A DNA stretch of 57,552 nt from the IMG/VR virus record IMGVR_UViG_3300023174_000194, positions 1-57,552 of that record; one strand, given 5' to 3'. The number at the start of each line of letters is the position of its first letter. The first letter of the stretch is position 1. The position numbers were made by a program, and so were the translations under genes. Origin of the DNA: a virus (Duplodnaviria > Caudoviricetes). Positions 32,701 through 40,013 of this stretch are shown here, in pieces. A model generated the notes under the pieces. It worked only from the letters and a program-made list of their open reading frames with translations. It made no database searches and was not told the DNA's origin.

Positions 32701-33245
32701 TTAAGAAGTTGATTAAGGAACTGCTGTCTCTGGGCAGCCATCTGTGTTCTTGTTGCATAGTCAGCATACTGACCATTGACCATCTGTAGGTGTTTTGGAA
32801 CAACTTGAAGAACCTTTACAAGTTCTCCATTAGCATTTGTTAGTTGAACATATTGAGTTTGTAGAGTTTTAACTCTATCTTTCATTGCTCTATTTAAAAC
32901 ATCTTTTTCTTGTGCAAAAAGTCCTTTTAAAGTTTTGCTATTTATAGTAGCAGCAGCAGCAGTATATCTAAGGTACTGCCCCATACTTAATTTATTTTTT
33001 TCTAGGGCATCGGTAAATGCTGTAGTGCTCGTAGCAATTGTCTTTTGTGATGCCACAAACTTTCCAGTAGCATTAATAGACTGAATAAGTTGTGAGTTTA
33101 AACCCTTTTGTGCATTTGCAGCAGCAACATTGCCTTCTGTTAAGGCTTGATTGAATTTGCTAAGTCCAGCCTGAAGCCTTCTTAGTTGAGCGAGAGCATC
33201 ACTAGTGTCAAAATGTATACCAATATTAGCATTTACATCAGACAC
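23745..33245 (-). CDS. Tail tape measure protein, 3166 aa
   Basis: TP901-type core (EDLTTAIPKAG..MKEGGINASEGANALKS), hydrophobic segments, long coiled coils, C-terminal DTIPAMLTPGEFV; follows the chaperone genes. Confidence 0.93.
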   Translation of the reverse strand: MSDVNANIGIHFDTSDALAQLRRLQAGLSKFNQALTEGNVAAANAQKGLNSQLIQSINATGKFVASQKTIATSTTAFTDALEKNKLSMGQYLRYTAAAATINSKTLKGLFAQEKDVLNRAMKDRVKTLQTQYVQLTNANGELVKVLQVVPKHLQMVNGQYADYATRTQMAAQRQQFLNQLLKQGSTQLLNFGKNTQWAGRQLMVGLTIPLSILGSTAAKVFREMEQATVAFSRVYGDMTTSIGDTDKAIEDIKLLGKEFTKFGIAVKDTMDMAAKAAAMGLTGGDLVAQVTQATRLSVLGQVDQQQALLTTISLQNVFGISADELAKKINYLNAVENQTVLSIEDLTTAIPKAGPVVKQLGGSVEDLAFFMTAMKEGGINASEGANALKSGLASLINPSKKASEMLAGFGINVKGIVEANAGNLKNTVIGFARALDTLDPLNRARAIEQMFGKFQFARLSTLFQNVTKDAGQAGKALALAGASVEELAILSERELGKVENAVGVKFQKQLENLKIQLMPIGKAFLQAITPVVQFATKILERFNNLSDGTKKFVVGFIGVIGGIAPILLMTVGLVANGVANLIKFFAMLRGGVAKLNGQNNVLGGGFDYLTQAETENLAQTQALHVSHTDLISTFNVEKTSVELLAAAYQNAASQARALASGSPGLFNTVPGPKGAVSGLPKFADGKVPGNESAGDSILALVAPGETIVPSAQSKKYGPLLKAIMGDALPGFKTGRYRESASQADKTYSAGQAAGDSTTQDYIENELGRIRQLSKNALIKYADATGKDVSDTSSKALEEIRDSIISDFKTIITEVKTATGKVTEETIAEIGKKFDPAKGSSRMGAYHPKFDQLQRQEFSHVGQTKKVDASEGDGLRLSPEARNQVELIKKFYGDGGGSGDGTMPELKVADAHGFMLQGKLNNAMSTRGKSQSYEAKNGAGSLGRDFQADFEKTGAGKWRAMTEMMGGDFDKLKGQAETYDNLLLEKLKQWNADNANKKVPEIFNDATFKSLESQVTADMQRLAPEFAGIVDQAKQSITAIRISLGQDFDEINAMLKANGAGSLGTNPNNAKILNHEARPEDPKLLGTMAPEGIANQVDADLTAAELKAETKSPSKRTQRLGKDIADGLALGLADGKDGVKAQSSQLTDAALPTAAETQAKVDKMDLTNKAFYDDINTPEMRDQRQVLKSQDRQRRKLGATTTVDSVSETPVTSQTSSLIIASTKRTETAADQLAVKTEEAVAAETQVVQQIRDESKSRVTIKGNTVNIGKAREEADKAENEAAITRARAAALENEQAKQKRTGSPTTITDEQVLAAKEKANAAELEYAKVRQQLAEQGITAAQPGKTQEQIIQDPVKTPAKIKKEQELIANGTVEQGDGLRRIVDGTNDTADSTLLVADQTDELATVTGDIIPAQTDNLDNVVTTATLNDAIVGTTGDIHDSTIDTAMSQEEIVKLQEQEKFLREQMNGQLAQQNAALAAGSDFSQTGKKRYTKDQALLEAYGDGTPENPGYTQDKNGHILFDPELDANGKKQPTTMTERQIKKKKRGMRREKVGKYSGKATGALGAATMVAGMVGAPPQVTAALGAATTVAQFAPMLAGMGPVGWAAAGIMAVGAGAYMLNKHFNDMAAAAGKFAIQTSATRESMKKMGEMTGKVGASQIMDRRRQGSQYKKYNEDFKSQDPFGKKFLGSDLGKDTKKIFKENMAKFGETKAVDDLALKLATQVADGVLTGDQADSIAQALGISLGKQSISLQVIGEMKTLIGPNGENLKKEPVKARLMLLANARARSNKALANSEKKDTSFTQQRKDIAAAAAYNMNNLEMASMLADQVALEYETQKKKLETEIASTANLQKKLDLQKELDILVKAAPANEQAMNTAILNQIIAGEADFKKNYSSLSIGSGSQKEDAFFDSSRAVVQNTYKGTNQEKASEKFLNKTEAFTDLGKTDKNGVFKSNGLTGQFQAQQLQAKMELLVGGKILSPEDANSMIDLFGSNLGELSQVLNLSILEHGTGKTKELFNMFTEFKNKKLGSSLVQYIVLNKKDPAQFDATMEALAKIKGLDGITIDMELLLKGGGPVLEEIKKRVEAVEKIKTDLEKQDKQDKQDKKKPKSKEEESKDILEKAKSSDIASAPAIEALQADGEKMAIFQKMSRERQIEWIQSLAITYAQQNSLTADQIKAQKEAWVLQQMQIGDDTRLLVDGSAAYVKAADKLRELYDKKGPGERALDLNILYADPKNDPKNMKTDTTITKDRDTTYDDILKRLRNVRNAAIDASLGFKELQRAIAATGSKAVGNKFKGLEQQLIKMGQTSQFTDYLAGLDTKDLKKFAYTATAADVKKKKGKQKYTQVDPETGKMVTKYQEFKAGDTVLTQAGRDMEQGYKKAIIGDYNKEQLKSVTLAQQEIAARGKLLALGYDELDIQTMLADENYKTLIATGKVAKAELEVNASLTKQVRIRNQINGAVAGQKDLQKVTANQKRIPEVVAMMQQAGMDAQGIREAISDPAMLDTLINGMDNFATLAKDAQDEFNHLLSQIDEIPERKIIEIMFTQSKEEIAINAANAAAEMFDAYKQIEENSLKNEQGNTFAGLQVMIESLNNDSKIAQDAINATQSKIDDMQKSVEADQRKIEQDFTRPIEKKQRDIDKLTRSAELNFTRPIQALQERSAVLSHDLDVMNKAAEAINEKYDKQQEALTKVSEINQQIISQQQQQLGLADALSQGDISGAAKAIQDMRASNAANYATSAQDALQKARENEVGSLRGGVSGLSQKDIAAEQYDISQKTYNLELQKAAVDKQILAIQDSIYTLEQNKQIALDAIQVKTDAIAAITFGTLLTQQNDLKAIQDKILPLQTQSDLLFKQIAINDANRIINERTRKDWEAIKIEAEATQKLAEGKLALALAAMDAKSTGIKGSWEKIREAYDAIKDKSVTITQHIVTTYGAALGLPTPTPTPTPTKAPGSAWISDGKGGWKKPDKPQGDYGWGGDDVGWMKGYGGDDAGAAAAAAAKAAEDKRLADIAERTSGDDSIARRAAAAAKAAADAAEAARLLALEKQNAQYAAKAEGLARRYGGFSSGGLVPKYFAVGGYAQGTDTIPAMLTPGEFVMSKYAVNSHGTDKMKAINSGSSVGDSVYNYNLSVNVKSDANPDQIAKTVIAQIQQIDSQRMRGTRI

Positions 33246-33274
33246 TATTCATGACACCCCTATTCATTTTTTTA

Positions 33275-33586
33275 TTATTTTGATGTAAGCAATGCTGTAG
33301 GATCTGTAAGTTGAATACCAGATGCTGCATCGATTACTGCGTATACTGTTGGCAAGTCGATATTATCTTCTAGCGCCTCACGAGTAACTTCTTCCTTTAC
33401 ATACTGCTTAAATGCAATTTCTACACAATCTAAAAGAACATTCATTGACTCATCGTTGTTGTCTGATACGTCTGAAAGTTCTTGGAATCTCTTCATAAAA
33501 GGCTTAAGCAAAGAAATCTTTAGCGGTCTAACATCAATGGTTGTACCATCAATGAGAGTTATCTTCTTGGTTGTTGATTCTGACAT
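33275..33586 (-). CDS. Tail assembly chaperone, short G-like form
   Basis: SD GGAGG before ATG 33586; lies between major tail and tape measure; paralogous to the N-terminal half of 33639..34322. Confidence 0.75.
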   Translation of the reverse strand: MSESTTKKITLIDGTTIDVRPLKISLLKPFMKRFQELSDVSDNNDESMNVLLDCVEIAFKQYVKEEVTREALEDNIDLPTVYAVIDAASGIQLTDPTALLTSK

Positions 33587-33613
33587 TCTTTCCTCCAATA
33601 GGTTTGTTAATTA

Positions 33614-33622
33614 ATTATACCA
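33614..33622 (-). promoter_or_regulatory. Extended -10 TGGTATAAT
   Basis: Intergenic, upstream of the SD of the short chaperone gene. Confidence 0.65.
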
Positions 33623-33638
33623 TAACGATGGGCTTATT

Positions 33639-34322
33639 TTAATCTATTTTTTCGTAATCTAGGCCCATTCCAATACCAAATCCAGCACTTTCTGCATTCT
33701 GACCTTGAAGGGCAAGAATATCTTTTGCATCAGTTGCTTGTCCACGACTAAAAACTCTAGCCTTCATATCTTCCCAAGCATTACTTTTATTAGCATTTTT
33801 ATCTAAATCTACACCTTGCATTGCTGCCATAAATCTTTTTGTAGCATAGTCTTCATCTCTTTTTATATTTAAGATTGCAGTTATTTCTTGCATTGATAAA
33901 GATCTTTCTAGTTCATCAAAGTCTTTCCAAATACCCAGCAAAAAAACTTCCGATTCCAGTTTTGCCAAATCAAGGTCTTCCCATGTTGCTCCAGATTTAA
34001 CTGCTTGATCCTTTACTCCCTCGTCAGACTTTTCATCTACTTTGATTCCTGCAGCATAGTCTAGCAATCTATATATGTTTTTTAAATCTATTGCATCTTC
34101 AAAGTCTTCAATTGATTTTGAAATCTTTGGCATATATTGCTTCATACAGTTCATTCCACAAATGGCAAGAGCAGATATAGCCTCGATGTCACCTTTTGCT
34201 GATCGGACACCTTCAAAGTCATCCATAAACTTTCTTAGATATTTAATCTTAAGAGGAGATATTTCTAACTCAGTTCCGTCAATCAAATAAATAATTCCAG
34301 TATTGTATATTTCTGTAGCCAT
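33639..34322 (-). CDS. Tail assembly chaperone, long GT-like form in one frame
   Basis: N-half LIDGTELEISPLKI..IDLKNIY..AAGI plus a C-terminal extension LESEVFLLGIWKDFDELERSLS. ATG 34322 lies 6 nt after TGGTATACT. Confidence 0.75.
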   Translation of the reverse strand: MATEIYNTGIIYLIDGTELEISPLKIKYLRKFMDDFEGVRSAKGDIEAISALAICGMNCMKQYMPKISKSIEDFEDAIDLKNIYRLLDYAAGIKVDEKSDEGVKDQAVKSGATWEDLDLAKLESEVFLLGIWKDFDELERSLSMQEITAILNIKRDEDYATKRFMAAMQGVDLDKNANKSNAWEDMKARVFSRGQATDAKDILALQGQNAESAGFGIGMGLDYEKID

Positions 34323-34328
34323 TATATA

Positions 34329-34337
34329 AGTATACCA
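34329..34337 (-). promoter_or_regulatory. Extended -10 TGGTATACT, 6 nt before ATG (leaderless)
   Basis: TGGTATACT TATATA ATG. Confidence 0.65.
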
Positions 34338-34341
34338 AACA

Positions 34342-34373
34342 GAAAGGCCCAACCCCGAAGGATTGAGCCTCTC
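34342..34373 (-). terminator. Terminator hairpin with cUUCGg tetraloop after the major tail gene
   Basis: GAGAGGCTCAATCC-TTCG-GGGTTGGGCCTTTC followed by TGTTT. Confidence 0.8.
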
Positions 34374-34388
34374 ATATATTTAGTTGTA

Positions 34389-35003
34389 TTATGCGCTGAC
34401 TGTGCGGTCTACGATCTTACCGTATGACCCATTGTCGTTTGGAAGAAGACGGAATGATACTTCGAACATTGTCGCTTCGTCACGCTTTGCTGATACTGAT
34501 ACGCTCTCAATTGAAAGTGCACGGTATGCAACGTAGACACGCTCGATATTCTCGTTTGCGTCTCCAGTTCCTGGTCCAACTGCAATCAAGCCACGCTCTA
34601 CTGGCACATCGCCAATATCGCCTGCCGACATGTTTAGTGTTGGATTTGATGCAACTGTTGCTAGGTCTGAATCCTTACCTGCTAGTGCAAATAAAAGATT
34701 TTCTAGTGTTGATTCTGCGAATGTAGTCTTTAATGAAACCTGCATGCCTTGTTTAAATAACTTAGCAACGTCAAGAATCTGATCAACCTTTACTTCACCG
34801 AAATCTGGCTGGAATTGAATTTCCAAACCATTCATTGTATATCCAACGTTACGGAAGTCTGCATCACCTTGGAGAGTATCCTTGTATGATGTTCCTGCCA
34901 CGAACGCTGGTCGATCTGCGTCTGCAAGTGCGCCTGCTTCGTATGTGAAGAGTGCTGCTGCTCCAACGATAATATCGTTAGAACTACCACGTGTATATGC
35001 CAT
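34389..35003 (-). CDS. Major tail (tube) protein
   Basis: IIVGAA..VGYTMNG..VDQ..FAESTLENL..FRLLP siphovirus tube pattern; SD GAGGTG; followed by a terminator. Confidence 0.85.
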   Translation of the reverse strand: MAYTRGSSNDIIVGAAALFTYEAGALADADRPAFVAGTSYKDTLQGDADFRNVGYTMNGLEIQFQPDFGEVKVDQILDVAKLFKQGMQVSLKTTFAESTLENLLFALAGKDSDLATVASNPTLNMSAGDIGDVPVERGLIAVGPGTGDANENIERVYVAYRALSIESVSVSAKRDEATMFEVSFRLLPNDNGSYGKIVDRTVSA

Positions 35004-35055
35004 GTATTTCACCTCTTTTTTCTTTATAGATTAAAGGGCTTGTTTCCTCATGATA

Positions 35056-35064
35056 ATTATATCA
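35056..35064 (-). promoter_or_regulatory. Extended -10 TGATATAAT
   Basis: Intergenic, upstream of the major tail gene. Confidence 0.6.
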
Positions 35065-35071
35065 TCCCTTT

Positions 35072-35620
35072 TTAGGGGACTATAGAATCAATGACATCTT
35101 GCATCTGGTGATAGTCGTAGTCAATGATTATCTTGTTACCGCCAAAGGTTCGGGCTGTTCCAAAGTCAATAATGTCTCTGACTTCCTCTAGTTGGTATAT
35201 CTTAAAGTTATGGAAGTAGAACTTACAGGTCATGCCATTAAACGACTTGCCTTTTGCCCAGGCATTTATATCTTGGGCTGATTCGTCACCACGGTCCATG
35301 AGCCTTAAAACAGCCTCTTGTATCTGAATCATGCTCTCTGTAACACCATTCTGAGTTGCATAAAAGTAATATAAAAGTTGTTCACATTTGATGTGTGGGA
35401 AAGGAGATCTTCTCATTCTTATTAGTCGGTCATAGACGGCTACAACTCCTTGATAGGGCAGTTTTTCATCATTTATAACTACCCACTGCTCTGTTAAGTC
35501 ATCGATTGTGTTTGGTGCTGTTGGAAAAAATGGCATTGCCATTTTTGTGCCTCCATATATCTTTTCTTGAAGATACTTATTCACCCATAGCCCTGGTGTG
35601 TTTAGTGTTGATGTTGACAT
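35072..35620 (-). CDS. Probable tail terminator protein
   Basis: Immediately upstream of major tail; TAATG-coupled start at 35620. Confidence 0.55.
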   Translation of the reverse strand: MSTSTLNTPGLWVNKYLQEKIYGGTKMAMPFFPTAPNTIDDLTEQWVVINDEKLPYQGVVAVYDRLIRMRRSPFPHIKCEQLLYYFYATQNGVTESMIQIQEAVLRLMDRGDESAQDINAWAKGKSFNGMTCKFYFHNFKIYQLEEVRDIIDFGTARTFGGNKIIIDYDYHQMQDVIDSIVP

Positions 35621-36291
35621 TATGCTGTACCTCCATTTGCTACCCATCGAGATCCAACAGACATTCCCGTTGATCTACCACCCCTTTTACCAGCAGCCAA
35701 GTTTCTCTTGTAAACAGTTGGGTTAGAAAAATGTTCAGAAATTCCACTTGATCTTAAAAATGCTTGAGTAAAATATTTGCTAAAAAACATGTCCCAAACA
35801 TTTTCAAATTGTCCTTTTGTATTACCCCCAGGGTTTTCTACAAGTACTGGTTTCTTAGTATATACAACTTGCCCACCTACTTCAAACCTTAAGGTTTCTC
35901 CATGAACTGGCTGGATGATAACTGGTTGACCAAGTTCCATAATCTTTGCTTTATTCTCAAAAGGAACCTTTGATCCATTTTGAATAGTTTTTGATTGTTT
36001 AAACTCTGAAATAAAAGATAGGCCAAGGTTGCTAACAGCAAACTTAATATCAAATAACCTTGCTGAAGAACTTCCTGATTGACCCCATTCATAAACATGA
36101 TGCAATGTTTGATAACTTACTCTTGCGTTTGCATCAATAAACTGTGATGCTTCTTCTTCAACAAGTGGGCCAAGATTTCTAAAAAAGGCATGTTTTCCAA
36201 CTTGAACTCCATCAACAAATCCTAGAGAGTATTCCATAATGTTATCCATCTCTTTGCGAAACTGTTGGCTATCCATTCTTATTTTAATCAT
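35620..36291 (-). CDS. Probable neck / tail-completion protein
   Basis: Position in the head-tail joining block; LHHVYEW..KAKIMELG motif. Confidence 0.55.
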   Translation of the reverse strand: MIKIRMDSQQFRKEMDNIMEYSLGFVDGVQVGKHAFFRNLGPLVEEEASQFIDANARVSYQTLHHVYEWGQSGSSSARLFDIKFAVSNLGLSFISEFKQSKTIQNGSKVPFENKAKIMELGQPVIIQPVHGETLRFEVGGQVVYTKKPVLVENPGGNTKGQFENVWDMFFSKYFTQAFLRSSGISEHFSNPTVYKRNLAAGKRGGRSTGMSVGSRWVANGGTA

Positions 36292-36734
36292 ACATCTACC
36301 GCCTGGTTTTCAGATCTGCGTATAACAAGATTATAATATTCAATACCGCCAAATGGTCCTACAAATGGTTCCTGTGTTGCAATTTCAAAAATTGTAGACT
36401 TTCCTGCTCTTGGTCCTGCTGTTTCTGTGTATATATAATTACAGTTTTTATCACGAATATTAGTTATAAGAATATTTGTTACTGAGTTTTGTGCATCTAA
36501 ACTTGATATTCTTATGTCTGTTTTTACTCTACCAATTAAATTACTTTTTTGTGTAATATTTACATTAGGTGTAAATTCTTCTACACCCTTACGGCCAACA
36601 GCATTAAAGTTAGCAGCAATAGTCTTATCTAGAACCCAACTCTTTTTAACATTTCCATAAACACCTTGATCAACAATTGGATAATATACATCCGCCTGCA
36701 TTGGAAAGATAAAGTCTGGCTCTTCGCATATCAT
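36288..36734 (-). CDS. Probable head-tail stopper
   Basis: 148 aa, beta-rich, directly after the adaptor. Confidence 0.55.
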   Translation of the reverse strand: MICEEPDFIFPMQADVYYPIVDQGVYGNVKKSWVLDKTIAANFNAVGRKGVEEFTPNVNITQKSNLIGRVKTDIRISSLDAQNSVTNILITNIRDKNCNYIYTETAGPRAGKSTIFEIATQEPFVGPFGGIEYYNLVIRRSENQAVDV

Positions 36735-37651
36735 TAAATTATCCCTGGCCTGGTAATATTCTTAACATACTTCTTCAGTATCTTATCTACCAAGAAGTTG
36801 CCAGTACCATTAAACATTGTTTTGTCAAACTGAATCCTAAACTGATCTGTATTGTATGCAGTTACATATCTTTTGTAATAGTCTAACTTGCCACACTTTA
36901 AATCTTCAATTAAAAGTTTTGAAGCGTATTTGATGTCTGCAGGAACGGTTAAGTATCCCTGATCAAGAACGATTGTGTAGTCATAGTTTGTAGGAAATCC
37001 AGATGCACTGTATCCATAGTATCCAAGATCTCCTCTTCCAGAAATAAGGTTTGGTCCTGTTGACTCATACCTATTTAGTTGTCCGTCATAAACCTTTTGT
37101 ATTGCAGTCTTGTCTGATGTTATTAAGTAATTGTATTTGTTTGTATCTGGAGTCGATCTGTCATAGACAAGTTCGTTATTCTCATACACTTTAAATATCT
37201 TGTAGGCCCTGTTCCACAAAGGAAAATAGTCTGATCCATTACCTGTGCCAACGACTGTTATCTTTTTGTTATAAAATCCTTCGACTACAAATGTGTCAAT
37301 AATTGATCTTGCAACTAACTCTAATGTTGTGTATTCAGCAATTTCCGATGCTGTTGTTCCCAATATATTTGGATCTACGTATGGCCTGATTAATTCATAA
37401 AACTCTTCGTAAATTAAAACTTCTGTCTCGCTAACAATTTTAAAAAGTTCTACTCTGTAATTATTGTCATATCTGCCAGGAAGAGAAATCTCTAAATCAT
37501 CTCCTGTAGATGAATCTAAAAATTCTACTTCTTGTATTGAAAGATCCGCCATATCCGTAACTCTTGCATAAATGTCTACATCGTTGTAACCTGAAGGAAC
37601 AACAAAGTTTACTGCAATTGTTTCGTATGGCGGAACTCTCAATATCTCCAT
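36734..37651 (-). CDS. Head-to-tail adaptor
   Basis: ARSIID..GYLTVPADIKYA..TGNFLVDKILKKY adaptor-type motifs. Confidence 0.7.
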   Translation of the reverse strand: MEILRVPPYETIAVNFVVPSGYNDVDIYARVTDMADLSIQEVEFLDSSTGDDLEISLPGRYDNNYRVELFKIVSETEVLIYEEFYELIRPYVDPNILGTTASEIAEYTTLELVARSIIDTFVVEGFYNKKITVVGTGNGSDYFPLWNRAYKIFKVYENNELVYDRSTPDTNKYNYLITSDKTAIQKVYDGQLNRYESTGPNLISGRGDLGYYGYSASGFPTNYDYTIVLDQGYLTVPADIKYASKLLIEDLKCGKLDYYKRYVTAYNTDQFRIQFDKTMFNGTGNFLVDKILKKYVKNITRPGII

Positions 37652-37654
37652 GAA

Positions 37655-38104
37655 TTACTTACCGAATTCCTTGGCAACTTCTTCTGGGGTTGCTATGCGA
37701 ATGTGCGAACGAGTTAGCCACTTTTCTGCTGCATCCTTATCAACAATATTATAGCCACGGTAAACCTTGCCTACCTCTGACCATGTAACATTCTTTGTTG
37801 AGTAAAGAGCAACTGTTTCTTTCTTTTCTTCTGGCTTTGCGCTTTTCTTTCTTGGGGTAGCCTTGACTGCTGTAGTAGCACCAATGACTCCGTCTGCTAC
37901 TGATCCAAGTGCCTGAACTTCTTCAGGTGCCTGATATGCAGGTGCTTCAACGACTGCTTGAACAGCCTCTTCAACAACTGAATTCTCTACAACATGCTCG
38001 ACAACTGGTGCCTCTACAACAGAATGCTCAACAACTGGTGTCTCAAAAACTGGTGCTTCATGTGCTGCTTCTTCTTCAATTGGATTATTATTCATATTTT
38101 CCAT
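37655..38104 (-). CDS. Hypothetical protein with acidic (P/S)VVE repeats and a compact C-terminal domain
   Basis: SD AAGGAGG; own promoter TGATATAAT at 38122..38130. Confidence 0.75.
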   Translation of the reverse strand: MENMNNNPIEEEAAHEAPVFETPVVEHSVVEAPVVEHVVENSVVEEAVQAVVEAPAYQAPEEVQALGSVADGVIGATTAVKATPRKKSAKPEEKKETVALYSTKNVTWSEVGKVYRGYNIVDKDAAEKWLTRSHIRIATPEEVAKEFGK

Positions 38105-38121
38105 GATTCCTCCTTGTTAGT

Positions 38122-38130
38122 ATTATATCA
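38122..38130 (-). promoter_or_regulatory. Extended -10 TGATATAAT
   Basis: Directly after the capsid terminator. Confidence 0.6.
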
Positions 38131-38141
38131 TTATAAATTAT

Positions 38142-38177
38142 AAAGGGGAGTAAGAGCGTTAACTCCTACTCCCCCTA
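38142..38177 (-). terminator. Terminator hairpin after the major capsid gene
   Basis: AGGGGGAGTAGGAG-TTAACG-CTCTTACTCCCCTTT. Confidence 0.8.
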
Positions 38178-38195
38178 ATTTTTACTGTTTACACA

Positions 38196-39347
38196 TTATG
38201 CATCTGCTGCAGCGTCAGCCCATGCGATTGCATCCTGCTCTTCCCATTGAATACCGAAGCGAACGAAGACTGTATATTCTACAGTGTCCTTCTTTGGCTT
38301 GTATTCACGGTTTACAGTGATGTCACGCTGGAATCCCCATACACGGTTCTGTGGGAATGTCAAATCGACATATCCTGCAGGGTAGTATGGAACTTCTTGT
38401 ACGTCAATTCCTAGAACACGTGTTGTACGTGCTCCACCGAATGTCTGATCATTACCGTCTAGGTATGATTGGCGCATTGCTGGAGTTCCAGCAGCACCTG
38501 CGTGTGAACCAAATGCTTCTGCAATTGCATCAGCAAGTGTACCGTTATTCTTAACGATACCTTGGAAAACATCTGTACCAGCGTAGAACTTTAGGTTGTT
38601 CTTGAGTGCACGATACTTTCGTGGCATTGCAAGAATAACCTTCTGCATAACTTCTGGAGTCCATCCTCCGTTAGCAACTGTAACAACTGCTTCGTGAGCA
38701 TCTCCTTCTGTCTTTACACGGTTTACGAATCCATCCATAATTGAAAGGAATGAACCAGTTGCTCCATCGCCGTTGATTGCAAGGTCTTCGATATCATTAC
38801 CGAAAGCGTTTGTCATCAAGCGTACAATGTGATCTTCTAGTGCTGCACCTTCGATATTATCTTCTAGTGATTCTGAAGATACTTCCCAGTCAAGACGAAT
38901 CTTCTTTGTAGTCAATTCAACCTTTGAGAATGTTGCACCTGCGTTTGTGTAATCGCCAACTGCTTGCGCTGCTGCACGAATTACACGCTCTCCGACGTTT
39001 ACCTTTTCGAGTTCCATTGTATTGGCTCTCATAGTAACGCGACGGCCATCTTTGGCGAGGATTGTAGCATCCCACACGTAGTCGATAAAACGACGTGCTT
39101 GCTCTGGGCGGAGAATTCCGCTGCCAGCCTCACCTGAAGGATTTACTGCGTTTGGTCCAGTGTTAACTCCTGATAGTGCTGCTGGGATATTACCCAAAAC
39201 TCCACCATCGGTATAGTTACCTGGTACGTTTGAACCTGCATCTGATCCAGATGCGAATGCGCCCTGACCCTGATAGAGTCCTGGTGCAGTTCCGCCTAGG
39301 TTACCTGAAGTACCTGGCTGGTTCTTTTCTATATTTTGTTCCGACAT
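38196..39347 (-). CDS. Major capsid protein (HK97 fold)
   Basis: GILRPEQARRFID, EVSSESLEDNIEG, DIEDLAINGDG; perfect SD AGGAGGTG; after protease/scaffold and followed by a terminator. Confidence 0.92.
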   Translation of the reverse strand: MSEQNIEKNQPGTSGNLGGTAPGLYQGQGAFASGSDAGSNVPGNYTDGGVLGNIPAALSGVNTGPNAVNPSGEAGSGILRPEQARRFIDYVWDATILAKDGRRVTMRANTMELEKVNVGERVIRAAAQAVGDYTNAGATFSKVELTTKKIRLDWEVSSESLEDNIEGAALEDHIVRLMTNAFGNDIEDLAINGDGATGSFLSIMDGFVNRVKTEGDAHEAVVTVANGGWTPEVMQKVILAMPRKYRALKNNLKFYAGTDVFQGIVKNNGTLADAIAEAFGSHAGAAGTPAMRQSYLDGNDQTFGGARTTRVLGIDVQEVPYYPAGYVDLTFPQNRVWGFQRDITVNREYKPKKDTVEYTVFVRFGIQWEEQDAIAWADAAADA

Positions 39348-39368
39348 ATTGTCACCTCCTGTGATTTT

Positions 39369-40013
39369 CTAACTTAATAGATCGGCTGTTTTGAGGAAAC
39401 TACCGCCCCATAGGGATTTTTCAACCATTTCAGGTTGATCCTGTACAATCTCGCCGAGATCGCCAGACTTTCGGAAAGCAGTATCGGCTTCCACCGCTTC
39501 AACTCTCTTTCCAAATCTATCAAATTCATTCTTTGCTGCAGCAATATCTTTTGCTACCTCTGTGAATGATTCTTTTACTACTTCAACGTCAACTTTTGAA
39601 GACTTAAGCATTTCTACTTCTGCCTGCAAAGATTTAACTGTTAATACTAGATCGCTAAAGGCTTTTTCAAGATCGTCATTTGTTTTTGTGACTGATCCTT
39701 CAATTACTTCATCTGACTTAGGGAGCATAGGCTTTTTCTTAGCCTCTGCTTCTTCATCTGCTGGAGTTTCAGCAGCAGCCTCTGCTGCGGATTCTGCTTC
39801 GTCAGGTTTTGGCTTTGCAGCCTTTTCTGTTTCTGCATCAGACTTTGAATCGCACTTACATGCGTCCATAGACATTCCGCAATCTGGACATGTTGAAGCC
39901 TTTACAACTTCTTCTGTCTTTGCATCTGCCTTTAGAGCGACCTCTGACTTTGCTACTTCTACTGGTGCTTCTGTTGTAATAACTTCTGCAACGATTTCTG
40001 TATTTTCTGTCAT
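39369..40013 (-). CDS. Nested in-frame scaffolding protein (internal start)
   Basis: AAGGAGGT-AAAACCT-ATG at the protease/scaffold boundary, giving MTENTEIVAEV, 214 aa. Confidence 0.6.
   Translation of the reverse strand: MTENTEIVAEVITTEAPVEVAKSEVALKADAKTEEVVKASTCPDCGMSMDACKCDSKSDAETEKAAKPKPDEAESAAEAAAETPADEEAEAKKKPMLPKSDEVIEGSVTKTNDDLEKAFSDLVLTVKSLQAEVEMLKSSKVDVEVVKESFTEVAKDIAAAKNEFDRFGKRVEAVEADTAFRKSGDLGEIVQDQPEMVEKSLWGGSFLKTADLLS

Noticed and set aside
33639-34322. Slippery-site frameshift in the chaperone gene
   Set aside because: The G-like and T-like parts are already in one frame. The T run near 33940..33946 lies inside the extension rather than at the G boundary, so no frameshift is needed.
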